DNA of 64,000 bases from Nitrospirales bacterium (GTDB lineage: Bacteria; Nitrospirota; Nitrospiria; Nitrospirales; UBA8639), in contig OY820905.2 of assembly GCA_963555755.3 (NCBI GenBank), positions 736,001-800,000 on the forward strand, written 5' to 3'. The first letter of the stretch is position 1. Every line of letters starts with the position of its first letter. Below the pieces are notes generated by a model that saw only the letters and a program-made list of their open reading frames with translations, ran no database searches and was not told the origin of the DNA. Made by a program: the position numbers and the translations under genes. This document shows positions 31,700-42,378 of this stretch, in pieces.

Positions 31700-33073
31700 G
31701 AGCTATTGTCAAATCTAGTGTCTGAAGCGTTACTCACGCGGCGACCGGGTCCGTGGTTGTCTGTTCGATTCCATCGATAAATTGAATGTCCGCAACGACT
31801 TTGGGCAACTCTCGGAATCCTCGCAAGCGCCTCCATGTTTTCTCTGCGCATTGACCTAACTTGAACATCCTGTGCAATATGCCATCTCGCGTGAGACATC
31901 CCTTTGTGCGGATCGTCCGATGCCGAATCGTTCCAAAGGTCGATTCTCGATGGGATTGGTGGTCCGGAGACTCGGCCAATGGGCAGCCGGAAACGTATAG
32001 AACATCAGGAGCTCCTCTCGATCTTTCTGCAAACAGGCTGTGGCCTTGGGATATTTGAGCTCATAGGTGTTGAGGAATACATCAGCGGCTTGCTCCGCCA
32101 ACCCTTTGGTCTCAGACCGCCAGATGTCTTGTAAGGCCTGCTTGGCTTTGGATTGCACACTTTTGGGCAGCGCATTTAAGACATTCTGTGTCTTGTGGCA
32201 CCAACACCGTTGATGCCGCGTCACCGGGAAGATTTCTTCCAGGGCCGCCCAGAAGCCGAGGGCGCCATCCCCAACAGCCAAGGCGGGCGCGTTCAGCCCG
32301 CGGGCTTTCAGATGCAACAGGACTTCCCGCCAACTTTGGGTGGACTCACGAATCCCGTCTTCCATCGCTAAGAGATGTTTCTCCCCGGAGGCATTCATGC
32401 CGATCACGACCAATGCACCTAAGCGCTGCTCTTCAGCTCGTACGCCACGATAGATCCCATCGACCCAGATATAGACCCACTGGTCGGCATCGAATCGACG
32501 GTGTCGCCAGAGGGTATACTCCTTCCGCCAGATCTGCTTGAGCCGAGCCACCGTACTGGCGGACAGCCCCTTGGCCTCTGGGCCCACGAGGACTTCCAGC
32601 GCCGGTTGCATCTCTCCCGTCGAGATGCCTTTTACGTACAGCCATGGGATCGCCGCTTCTAAGCTAGCCGACTTGCGCACATACGGGGGGACCAGCGCCG
32701 AGTGAAACGTGACCGGTTTGCCCTGGCGACTCCGTACTTTTGGGACTTGTACGGGCACCGGCCCAATGCCCGTCTGAATGTCGCGCGTCGGATGATGGCC
32801 GCTGAGGACAACCCTCGCATGCCCCTGTTCCGTTGACTGGTCTGCATAGGTCGCCAAGAGCTCGGCCACCTCTGCTTTCAGGGCTTGGGCAAGAAGCTTC
32901 TGCGCCCCTGTTCGAATCAACTCCGTCAGCGAATCGGTCCTTCCTCGATCTTCTTCCTCTGATTTGGTACATTCCTGCATCGTGGCGTCTCTCCTTTGTG
33001 GTTGTGGTGGATGTCTCGCAACACCCATTTCAACCCGAGACGCCGCGTGTTTTCAACTGATCCTAGACACTAC
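31700..33073 (-). mobile_element. IS256-family element (transposase 31734-32980, frameshifted)
   Basis: IQTGIGPVPVQVPKVR, YIWVDGIY, RESTQSW, VGDGALGFW, HQRCWCHK, LRTTNPIE; ends approximate. Confidence 0.9.
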
Positions 33074-33159
33074 TTTCAAGTATAACTCAAATACTTGTGA
33101 TATCCCTGATTATATTCTATCCTACATTCCGCACTTGAAAACGTGTATTTTTCTGCCCC

Positions 33160-34809
33160 TCATGTATCGCCTCTTTTTTTTGCGCCAAACTGCGGTTGAG
33201 GGATTTTGAGGAGTTGCAGCACTTGGTGCTGTGGCTCGGACCACTCATCCCAAAAGGTCCTCACCAGCTTGCCGTCACGAAGAATCTCGTACCTGCAGTG
33301 CTGGGCAAAGAGTCGCTGGACTTGTTCCCAGGTCGGGGTCGAGGTGGGTCGTTCCTCGGGGAGGGTTCGCAGGGTTCGAATACCGCTCTTCTCCATCGCA
33401 TGTCTGAGATCGCGCTGAATGAGGGCGGCCACGAGATCGGCGAGGTAGACCACGAGCATGAGGGCCTCGATGCGTTCGTTGTTCTTGAGGAACACCGGCG
33501 CCACCTGGAAGTCGGACTTGAGGCCGCTGAAGCGCTTCTCGATATGGGGCTGATACTTGTACGCCTCGAGGACCGCTTTGGCGGAGAGGGAGGTATTCGT
33601 GACCAGCGGAAAGATCCCATCGATGGCCTTGGCCCGAGCGAGCTGTTCCGGGTCTTGCTGGATCATGAGCTGCGGAATGTGTTTGACGGTGCGATGGTAG
33701 GTTGACGCGGGCGAGGGTTTGCCGCGGGCGGTCTGTGTGAAGGTTTCCTCCACGCGGTGGCTCACGGTCACCGTGAGCCACAGAGCCACCTGATACCTCG
33801 CGATGATCTGGTGGGCCTGCTTGAGTAACGAGCGCTCAGTTCGGCGCCCACGCGCTTTCTTCTCGTTGAGCGCCGCGAGTTTGTGCCGAGCGATCTCCAG
33901 CCGGTCCTTGCGGCGGCTGGCATCGCGATTTCTCTTCTCGGAGGAGCGATACCAATAGAGTCGAAACCCCTCCGCCAGCTGATACGCCTCGCTCGCGACC
34001 GAAAACACGTCAGACATCCCCCGCCTTCGAGTCGAGCGCTGGCGTAGGAGCGGGTCCCAGCGGACGGTCGCCTCGTAGCAGTCGGTGGCAAACGCGTGGG
34101 TTTCGGCCCGGGTCCGAGGGACGATGGTGACAAACCGACCGTGTTCCTGGTCAATGCGCCGCATGTTCGCGGTCGTGCATAATTTGGAGTCGGCGACGTA
34201 GAGGAACCCGGCCCCGCCCACCAAGCGGCGCAACGTCAGCCAATTCTCGATATGCAGGGTATCGTCGGTCTGATGGCCCGCATGGGTCTTGAAGTGAATC
34301 GGCACGGCTCCATCGCGAGCCATCGACAAGTTGTAGAGGAGCTGTTTCAGATCGGGACGATGATCCTTGCTGTGGCCCCGCGTGAGGTGGACCCCTTTGC
34401 GCGATTGCGCCGTGTACGCCCCCGAGAACTTGACGGAGGTGGAATCACTATGGATCTGGGAGACATCAATCGCGAACCGGGCAATGGCCACCAGCGTGAG
34501 GGTGGGCTGCACGGTCGCGCGATCTGCCTGGAACAACCGGTCGAGGGCCCGTCCCAGCCCAGCATCGGTGAGCGGCGCGGCTCCTCGCTCAATAGGGTCG
34601 AACTGCTGGGCCCAGGCTGGGACGCGGTAGAGCGCTGCCGGTTCGATCAGCAGGCTTTTGATGAGGAGCTCAATCGCCGCAGCGTACCGCGCCGAACAAA
34701 GAATGTCCTCCAGGCGGTGGCGCACCCCAAGCGTCGCGAAACAGCGATTGATGAGTGGGAGGGTCGCGATCCGTACCTTCCGATGCTGCAAATCTTTGGC
34801 TTGCATCAC
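33160..34809 (-). CDS. IS1634-family transposase
   Basis: HSDSTS, GHSKDHRPDLKQ, YVADSKL, YKYQPHIEKRF..K..PVFLK..RIEAL. Confidence 0.9.
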   Translation of the reverse strand: MMQAKDLQHRKVRIATLPLINRCFATLGVRHRLEDILCSARYAAAIELLIKSLLIEPAALYRVPAWAQQFDPIERGAAPLTDAGLGRALDRLFQADRATVQPTLTLVAIARFAIDVSQIHSDSTSVKFSGAYTAQSRKGVHLTRGHSKDHRPDLKQLLYNLSMARDGAVPIHFKTHAGHQTDDTLHIENWLTLRRLVGGAGFLYVADSKLCTTANMRRIDQEHGRFVTIVPRTRAETHAFATDCYEATVRWDPLLRQRSTRRRGMSDVFSVASEAYQLAEGFRLYWYRSSEKRNRDASRRKDRLEIARHKLAALNEKKARGRRTERSLLKQAHQIIARYQVALWLTVTVSHRVEETFTQTARGKPSPASTYHRTVKHIPQLMIQQDPEQLARAKAIDGIFPLVTNTSLSAKAVLEAYKYQPHIEKRFSGLKSDFQVAPVFLKNNERIEALMLVVYLADLVAALIQRDLRHAMEKSGIRTLRTLPEERPTSTPTWEQVQRLFAQHCRYEILRDGKLVRTFWDEWSEPQHQVLQLLKIPQPQFGAKKRGDT

Positions 34810-34838
34810 GCCCTATCTTAATGCATAATAGCATTAAG

Positions 34839-35138
34839 ATGTCACGCGCAAAGATGATCCACCTCCGGGCGCCCGGACCCGTTCTGCCCGGGAGTGTGTC
34901 GACAGCAAGGGCGCGATGCGGCAAACAGACGTGCAAGTGTCGGGACGACCCGGCCCACCGACACGGGCCCTATTATCGCTGGACAGGCCTCATCGACGAA
35001 AAGAAGACCACGGTCACGCTCACGCAGGAGGAAGCCAGGGAGTGCGTACGACGGATTAAGAACTTCAAGAAACTGCAGGCGAAGCTGGCGACAGTGAGCA
35101 AGGAGGCGCTTGAAACCGCTCCGTGGACCCGGCGGTAA
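34839..35138 (+). CDS. DUF6788-like small zinc-binding protein inside IS1634
   Basis: PGSVS..RCGKQTCKC..HGPYYRWT..KKTTVTL. Confidence 0.8.
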   Translation: MSRAKMIHLRAPGPVLPGSVSTARARCGKQTCKCRDDPAHRHGPYYRWTGLIDEKKTTVTLTQEEARECVRRIKNFKKLQAKLATVSKEALETAPWTRR

Positions 35139-35516
35139 GAGCTAGGCGCTGGACACCACTGGTGGGTTCCAGGTTAAATGCACGTTCTCAAGTGCGGAAT
35201 GTAGGTTCTATACATCCGGCTTCATTTATTTCGTGAAAATTTTTGTTATTCCTTAAATTAATAAATAATCAGATATCAGCCATCAGCGTTTTGGCTTTGG
35301 TAGCTATTGGAACCTTCGCCACCTGCGTTTATGCGGACGACTTCACTGTCAAGAGTGGCGAGACTGTGTCTACACAGATTCTCGACGGTGATGACAAAGG
35401 CGTGGTAGAAAAAGGCGGCGCTATAAAACCAACCAATAGTGGTGATAATGGCATTAACATAACCGGTAATGATAACACTGCGATCAACAACGGTTCTATC
35501 GAGACGGTGGGAGGCG

Positions 35517-37419
35517 CAGGGCCATTTCATTCTTTTTATAAGCAAGGGATTCCATGAGGTTTTTTGTGCCCTCTTTTTCAGGGCAGGGCCATGCGGATGG
35601 CTAAATGGGGCTTGCCCCAGAGCAGTCTACACGCCTGCGCGATATTGGTGTAGCCTTTCAGGCGTAAGAGACTGATGGCATAGCGTCTCAGACAGGTCAT
35701 GACCATTGGGCCATTGAGACTTCGTATCTGACTCCTGTCTTCATCAAAGGTGACGTCCAACACATAATGCTGCTTATTCTCCACACTCCAATGCTTTCGG
35801 TTTTGCGAGAGGATGGTCTTCGGCCCCGCCTTGTCTTTGGACTGACTCGTGACACCGCAGACCGCTTCGACGGTCGTGAGGCCCTGCTTGAGATGCGTCA
35901 CTTCCCTCTCAATGCAGAAGACTTGCTGGACATGAGGAAAGTTGACATAGGCATTCAGGGAGTCATCGCACCAGATCCTGCGGGTCGTGATCTGCCCATG
36001 GCCTTTCTCGGTGGTGGCATAATCGCACCGGCGTGCTCGCAACGCTAAGGCCTCAATGTCGTGCTTCAAGGTGGGCTGGTTTCCCTTGACGGTGAAGACG
36101 AAGTCGGCGCCGCGTTCGTGCACCAGGTACTCGGCAATCTCTTTCTGGGTGAGGAGCGCATCCGCCGTGATCACCTTCCCTGCGATCTCGAGCGCATCTA
36201 ACAGGGGCCGCACGCAGGGGATCTCATTGGTCTTGGAGTGAACTTTTTTTGGGTGAGGTGGCGCCCGGCTTGATGGGTGACGGCGCTGAGGACGTGGGCT
36301 GTTCGCTTGGGACCTTCGACGTCCCCCGCATGGTCTTCCCATCAATGGCAATGCCCTGATCCTCCCCGCCGAAGGTGTCCAGCCACCGGCCGAGCAGGGT
36401 ATCGACTTCACAGGGGTCGACGGCCGTGATAAAGCGGTAAAGAGTGCTGCGGCTCGGGACGAGGTAGCGCCCCCCTCGCTGAGTACAGCCTAGCCGCTTG
36501 CGCATCGGCTGCGATAACTGCTGGGCCCAGTCCGAGATCGCTTCATAGCCGCGCGCGCCGCACAAGGTGGCACAGAACATGATCGCCGTGAGGGCGCGTC
36601 GGGTGTGCCGTTGCCCTTGCAAATGGCGGGGATCGGTCAGCTGCACCACATACGTAAAGAGGGAGTCCGTCTGTTTTGTATTCAATCTCATCTGAGGCGC
36701 TTCTCCTTTCTGATAGGGCTGATCAAGCATCGGGCGTGCAAGGATCTCTCGGGCTTGGGGATGCAGCCGCACGACTAGGATGCGCTTCGGTCTCTCATGC
36801 TGAACATAACACGTGTTCGACTTGCGAAACCCTCGTGTCAGACCGAGCTCGTGCCACCCGGCGGCCCGATAGCAGGTCCCGGTGAAGCGGGCAGGATCGA
36901 CGAAGGTCTCTAAGAGGAGCAAGGGGTAGCCGTGGTACAGTTGCCAATCGGACGAGATCCGTTTCGCGCAGAGCGACAGGACTTTCGAGGCGAGGTTCTT
37001 TTGCGAACAGCCCGGCAGCATGAGAAACCGGGTGTTGTTGGCCAGTAAATGGAGTCGTTGCCATTGAAAACAGGGGGGCCAGCCGATCCAGTGGTCTCGC
37101 GGTCTCGATTTGAGGGCCGCCGCCGCAAACACCAGCAAGGCCAGCCAGCGATCCTGCACACAGGCGAGATATTGTATCGATTGGCCAATCAGCGGGGCAT
37201 GACCGAGGTAGTGGTGTCTGTCGAGAAGGGTCTTGAAGGCGTCCTTTTCGTCTCGGACAATTGGGCGAACCACGACTTGCCTCAGATCAATGTCCGGCTG
37301 TCCGCTTGGCGATTCGTCTGGCATGCAAAAGAGTATGCCGTAAACGAAAAGAAAAAGCCAGCCTAAATCGATTATTCCTTATTATCTATAAAGTTACACT
37401 TTAATATGAAATAGCCCTG
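35517..37419 (-). mobile_element. ISAs1-family element; transposase has an N-terminal DUF4338 domain and is frameshifted (35578-37324)
   Basis: TIR CAGGGCYATTTCAT; 10-bp TSD GTGGGAGGCG; AIDGKT, KTNEIP, TADALLTQ, VKGNQP, HWSVEN..LDVTFDED. Confidence 0.92.
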
Positions 37420-37438
37420 GTGGGAGGCGATGCCTATG

Positions 37439-38060
37439 GTATTAACTTATTCGAATCCGACAACAATACCATCAACAACGACGGTTCTATATCGACGACG
37501 GGTGCAAAAGCCCATGGTATTTACCTGACCGGCAACGACCCTAACGGCTCCGATGCCAATACAATTAACAACGACGGTTCTATATCGACGAAGGGTTTAG
37601 ATGCCAATGGTATTGGCTTATCTGAATCCGACAACAATACCATCAACAACGACGGTTCTATATCGACGAAGAATGAATTTTCCCTTGGTATTATATTGGT
37701 CAATTCCCACAACAATACCATCAACAACGACGGTTCTATATCGACGGATAATATAAATGTCACGATGAGAAATAGCGATGGTATTGGCTTATTCATTTCC
37801 AACTTCAATACCATCAACAACGACGGTTCTATATCGACGAAGGGTACAGCTTCCTATGGTATTTACTTATTCGATTCCGACTTCAATACCATCAACAACG
37901 ACGGTTCTATATCGACGAAGGGTATAGATGCCGTGGGTATTGGCTTAGACGAATCCAACAACAATACCATCAACAACAACGGTTCTATATTGCCGAAGGG
38001 TAAAGGTGCCTTTGGTATTGACTTACTCGATTCCCACAACAATACCATCAACAACGACGG
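37439..38060 (+). repeat. About 60-bp coding tandem repeats of the autotransporter A passenger
   Basis: Recurring AATACCATCAACAACGACGGTTCTATATCGACG, about 10 units. Confidence 0.9.
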
Positions 38061-39407
38061 AGATATCTTCGTTAGTGGCGCTGGAATCTTTGCGCTTCGG
38101 GATAGGGGATCCGGTGACAATAATACCCTGAACCTGTATTCCCGTTCACGAATCATTGGCCGAATTGATTTTGGCGATGGAGTAGAGACGGTCAATTTCC
38201 ATTTCAAGAAAGCGGGTTTTTCTTCCACGTTGAGTTTTGAGAATACGGAGTCTATCAACCTGCATGACGATAATATGGTGAATGTGGGAGGCCTGACAGG
38301 AGTTTATTCGGTGGTTGATCCCACCGGTCAGTCAGTGAACGGAGCTGTTCTTGGTTCGATCACAAAAGATATCCATGGAATCCTGACCCGCCGTACGAGT
38401 CGGATGTCGAACACGAATCCCTCGCAACTGGCTTCGACCCGTGTGGAACCGGGAATGATGTCCTCTTCCCAAAAATCACAAGTCTGGGCGAGCGGTTTCG
38501 GCGCCCACCGTTCACGCGATGAAGATGGCCGTGTTCTCGCTTATGACCACGTTTATTACGGCGGCGTCGCCGGTTATGAAACGGCAACCCGTCAAGCGAG
38601 TATCGGCTTCATGGCGGGCTACGCTCAATCTGATGTAAGAACAGATTTAACCTCGATCAACACCGATAGCGAAAGTTATTTTGTCGGCGCTTATGGTCAG
38701 AAAAGATTCGCGAGCTTCAACCTGGACGCCTCTTTGCTCGCCGGTTACGAGCGCTATGACAACGACCGTATTGTGGTCGATAACCTGAATAAGTTTGAAA
38801 CTGCCGAGGCGGCTTATGACTCTTTTTTTCTAAGTCCGTCAGTCACTTTGAGTAGCGAAATCAGGGTATTCGACAAGATAGCGCTTCGTCCTTCAGTAAC
38901 CGGGATTTACAGCGTCGCATGGTATGACGATTACACCGAATCGGGCACAACCCGATCTAACCTGTCCATCGACGACCGATTCTCGCATGCCCTGATCGGA
39001 AAACTGCAAATTGCGGCGGCGTATGTGTTCAGCAATGGCAGCGAAATAGGGATTAGAGGAGGCGGCAGGTATCGCTATACGATCAATGATGATGTTGACG
39101 CCACATTAGCGGGAACGTCTTTTCGATATGCCGCGGCCGGAGACGACACTTACTTTGCAGCCATAGCGGGCGCCAATGCGCGCGTTGCGTTAATGGACAG
39201 TATCAACCTGACCGCCAATGCGGAATATGCATTCGACGATGGCATTGAAACCACCCTGTCAGGCCAACTCGTCCTTGAATTTATTGGCTCTTTAGCAGAA
39301 TCTTCGGCCTTGAATTTATTGGCTCTTCAGCAGAATCTGTGGGTGACTTGGTTCAAATAGAATAGAATAGGAATAGGGGTCAAATCTTTGAATTGAAATA
39401 GAATAGG

Positions 39408-39531
39408 GTAGAGTAGAACACTGGTGCTCACCTGGAGCTACTCTCGAACGCTTCGACGCACGCGTCTACAACGGACCACAGCAGTCAGCAATTCCCAGCG
39501 TCCCCTCATCAATCCGTGCATACAGTTTTCC
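39408..39531 (-). ncRNA. 3' end (half of DV plus DVI) of group II intron O; empty-site copy
   Basis: Near-identical to 60872-60975 joined directly to 62970-62989; ends ..CTACTCTAC. Confidence 0.85.
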
Positions 39532-41392
39532 CAAGCCGTTCACTTAATCTGTTGACACAAACCAGCAAACAGACATAAACAGCGCTTGTTTGCTGGCTTT
39601 CTTGTTTTGGATCATGCAGAAAAAATCTTCCGCAACTTCTACGCTGAAGCACCCTCGGATACCGCTCGAGTACGGTGGCTTCCAGATCAACCACTGCAAG
39701 TCTCCGGTCTGCTCGAACTACGGCGTTCCGCCAGAACACACATCGGTGCGTGGAAAAAATAGCTACACTCTGGATTCACGCAACCAAGGCATTTCATCCT
39801 GTATCTGCACGTCCTGCGGCGAAGGATTCCCTCTCAAGAGCAACCTCGGCATCGCAGAAGAAGTCGAGCGCATGTCGGCCTACCTGTCGCCTCGTGAGGT
39901 GGCGTTCTGCCGTAACGATGCCTGTACCAACCATACCGGTCAGGTGCCCGTAGGTACCGCCGGGGCATATGCCTCGTTCGGCAAGACCGCGATTGGCAGC
40001 CCCCGCTGGCGCTGTAGCGTCTGCGGTAAGACGTTCTCACAGAACACCAAGGCCACCGCCCGGCAGCGGGAACATCACAAGAACAAGACCATTTTCAAAC
40101 TGCTGGTCAACAAGCTGCCCGTGCGCCGAATCATCGAAGTCGCCGACATCCACCCCAAGACCTTCTACCACCGCCTCGACTTCCTCCATCGCCAGTGCCA
40201 ATCATTTGCCGCCCACCGCGAGCACGCCCTATCCACCCTCCCCATTCGGCGACTGTCCCTCGGCGTGGACCGGCAGGACTACCTTGTGAACTGGATGGTT
40301 CGCAAGGACAAGCGCAACATTCAGCTATCGGCCATTGCATCAGTGGACAACGAACACGGTTACGGCTTCGGTGTCCACCTTCACTTCGACCCTTCTCTGG
40401 ACAGCGAAGCTGTCCAAGCCGAAGTCGAGAAGAGCGGCGACCTTGGCATGCCCTATCCGCATCGTCGCGTTGCACGTCTGTGGCTCAATGCAGACCATGA
40501 GCGAGCCAGTGCCAAATCCCTACGCACTTCGCGGCGCAAACCCGGACTGCCAACGCAGATCGATGAAGCCTATGCCGCAGCATTGATGCGTGACGATATC
40601 GAAAGCCCCGATGCGCCGTCGCCCGTAGAACGACTTCCTGAATACGGGATGCAAACCCATGGCGAGTACACCATGTCTGGGCATTTTTTCTTCCTCAAAC
40701 GCCTGCTGGGCAATGTCCAAAAGTGGCGCTTCTTTATCGACCAAGACCCTGGACTGCGAGCCGCGTGCCTATCGGCGTTCCACGACGAGATCCGAGGCCG
40801 CACGGCGGAGGCCTTCTCTGTTCGCATCACCAAAGATCTGACGGTGGACGAAACGCGTCAAAAATACAACGAAGCGACGATGCTGTTCGTGCACGCAGAG
40901 CTCGCGCACCCAAAGATGAAGCCGCAGGAGGTCAAGTTGCTGCTGATCAAAGAGCGTCTGGCCTGTATGACGCCGCACGGGAAGTGGCAGGATCGGTGGC
41001 TTGACCATCCTTTCCCGACCATGAGCGAGCCAGAGAAGACAGTGGCCTCCCTCACCAATCTGGGCGACTACGACGAAGACCACAAAGCTTGGCTCTACAA
41101 CAAAGCGAGCGTGCATGGTGTCGATTCGTTCTTCAACCAAGTGCGTCGACGGCTCTCCCTGCTGGAGCGTCCGATCCATTCCAAATCCAACAATGGTCGG
41201 ATATGGAACGGATATTCTCCATATAACCCGGGTAATGTTGCAAAAGTACTCGACATCATGCGCACGGTGCATAACTACATCCTGACCGGCAAGGATGGCA
41301 AGACGCCAGCTGTGCGACTTGGATTGGCCCAAGCGCCGCTGGACTACGAAGCCATTATTTATTTTGCATCAACAGATTAAGTGAACGGCTTG
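39532..41392 (+). mobile_element. Large IS1-superfamily-like insertion element
   Basis: 24-bp perfect TIR CAAGCCGTTCACTTAATCTGTTGA; 9-bp flanks CAGTTTTCC / CAGTTCTCC. Confidence 0.88.
39614..41380 (+). CDS. Putative transposase of about 590 aa (two Cys/His zinc modules, HTH, DDE-like core)
   Basis: HCKSPVC..CTSC, CRNDAC.H..RWRCSVCGKTF, VDRQ, FIDQD, C-terminal HNY..KTPAVRLGL as in IS1-like proteins; stop lies in the TIR. Confidence 0.75.
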   Translation: MQKKSSATSTLKHPRIPLEYGGFQINHCKSPVCSNYGVPPEHTSVRGKNSYTLDSRNQGISSCICTSCGEGFPLKSNLGIAEEVERMSAYLSPREVAFCRNDACTNHTGQVPVGTAGAYASFGKTAIGSPRWRCSVCGKTFSQNTKATARQREHHKNKTIFKLLVNKLPVRRIIEVADIHPKTFYHRLDFLHRQCQSFAAHREHALSTLPIRRLSLGVDRQDYLVNWMVRKDKRNIQLSAIASVDNEHGYGFGVHLHFDPSLDSEAVQAEVEKSGDLGMPYPHRRVARLWLNADHERASAKSLRTSRRKPGLPTQIDEAYAAALMRDDIESPDAPSPVERLPEYGMQTHGEYTMSGHFFFLKRLLGNVQKWRFFIDQDPGLRAACLSAFHDEIRGRTAEAFSVRITKDLTVDETRQKYNEATMLFVHAELAHPKMKPQEVKLLLIKERLACMTPHGKWQDRWLDHPFPTMSEPEKTVASLTNLGDYDEDHKAWLYNKASVHGVDSFFNQVRRRLSLLERPIHSKSNNGRIWNGYSPYNPGNVAKVLDIMRTVHNYILTGKDGKTPAVRLGLAQAPLDYEAIIYFASTD

Positions 41393-41512
41393 CAGTTCTC
41401 CCGCATACGGCTCTCCGGTCAGTAGGTTCCTATGGAGTGGACGAAACGAATATGGGCATCATTCAGGCTCGTGAACCCATGATCCGCAAAGAAGGCGGTC
41501 GGCCACCGTTCA
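41393..41512 (-). pseudogene. Remnant of a different group II intron (IEP C-terminus plus 5' half of DV)
   Basis: ERWPTAFFADHGFTSL..* followed by GGAGAGCCGTATGCGGGAGAACTG. Confidence 0.75.
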
Positions 41513-42378
41513 TGTGAGATTTCCTCGTGTTGTTTACAGTTTAAAGAAAAATGTTCGTAACTTTTCGTACGGCGTCATGTTGTCGATTCCCGCATGTGGT
41601 TTGACCGTATTATAGAAATTGACGAATCGGGCAAGGCCGAGTTTCCGGTCTTGTCGTGAAGGAAAAATCGTGGCGGCATGCCACATTTCCAAAAGCGTTT
41701 TGATCACACGCTCCGCCTTGCCAGTGGTCTGAGGGCGCCGGACCCGGGTAAAGTTCTGCCCCGTGCCGTTAGCCTTACACCTGGCCACGAACGCATGATC
41801 CGGGGTGCCTTTATATTCTGTGCCATTATCTGAATAGGCACATTCGATCGTGTAGGGGCATTCCTCGAGCACTTGCTCCAGGAACGTCGCCGCAGACGTT
41901 TGCGTTTTATCGGGCAGGATCGCCGCGTACAGCTCTCGTGAGAAATCGTCAATGGCCACGAACAGATGCTCCCGCGGGAGGGTTTGCTTCTCGCCTGCGA
42001 GCAACGGTAAACGTTTGGTGTCAAAGTGGAGCATCTCCCCGGGATAGCTTTTGTTGTAGCGCCGCGCGGCAAGTTTTAGCTTGCGCTCAAGAGCCTGCTC
42101 CACCTTGGCCAGGCGTTTCATCCCGTACTGTGCCTGCAAAAAGCGCTTGTTGGTGGATGGTCGAGGCGCAAATTCCTGTTTTCGCGCTCGGTCGATCACC
42201 TTGTAAATGGTCGGCCGAGAGACGCGGAATTGCTGCGCGAGCGCTACAACCGTCCACTGCCTCGTGCCATACAGTTGCCAGATCTCTTGTCGATCAAGCG
42301 GCGTTAACCGGGTTCTTTTGTGTATTGTCATGTCTACATCCTCGCAAAAAGATGTAAACAACGCTAGAAAAATTCACA
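41513..42378 (-). mobile_element. IS481-family element (transposase 41534-42331)
   Basis: TGT..ACA ends with imperfect IR; HKRTRLTP, PGEMLHFDTK, VAIDDFSR, SDNGTEY, PQTTGKAER. Confidence 0.9.

Larger units (their letters stand above)
33121..35205 (-). mobile_element. IS1634-family element with a divergent accessory gene, copy 1
   Basis: TIR CCTACATTCCGCACTTGARAACGTG; 6-bp TSD TTCTAT. Confidence 0.93.
35243..39360 (+). pseudogene. Repeat-rich autotransporter copy A, split by ISAs1
   Basis: Signal ..TCVYA-D; about 20-aa repeats NNTINNDGSISTKG; C-terminal beta-barrel (VWASGFG..LRPSVTGIY..LEF); start uncertain. Confidence 0.88.

Noticed and set aside
36700..37324. Druantia defence system
   Set aside because: DUF4338 lies inside ISAs1 TIRs, fused to the transposase; there is no DruE helicase.
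37439..38060. CRISPR-like ~60-bp periodic repeats (also about 59000-59520)
   Set aside because: They are in-frame coding repeats of an autotransporter; the variable parts are homologous to each other and there are no cas genes.
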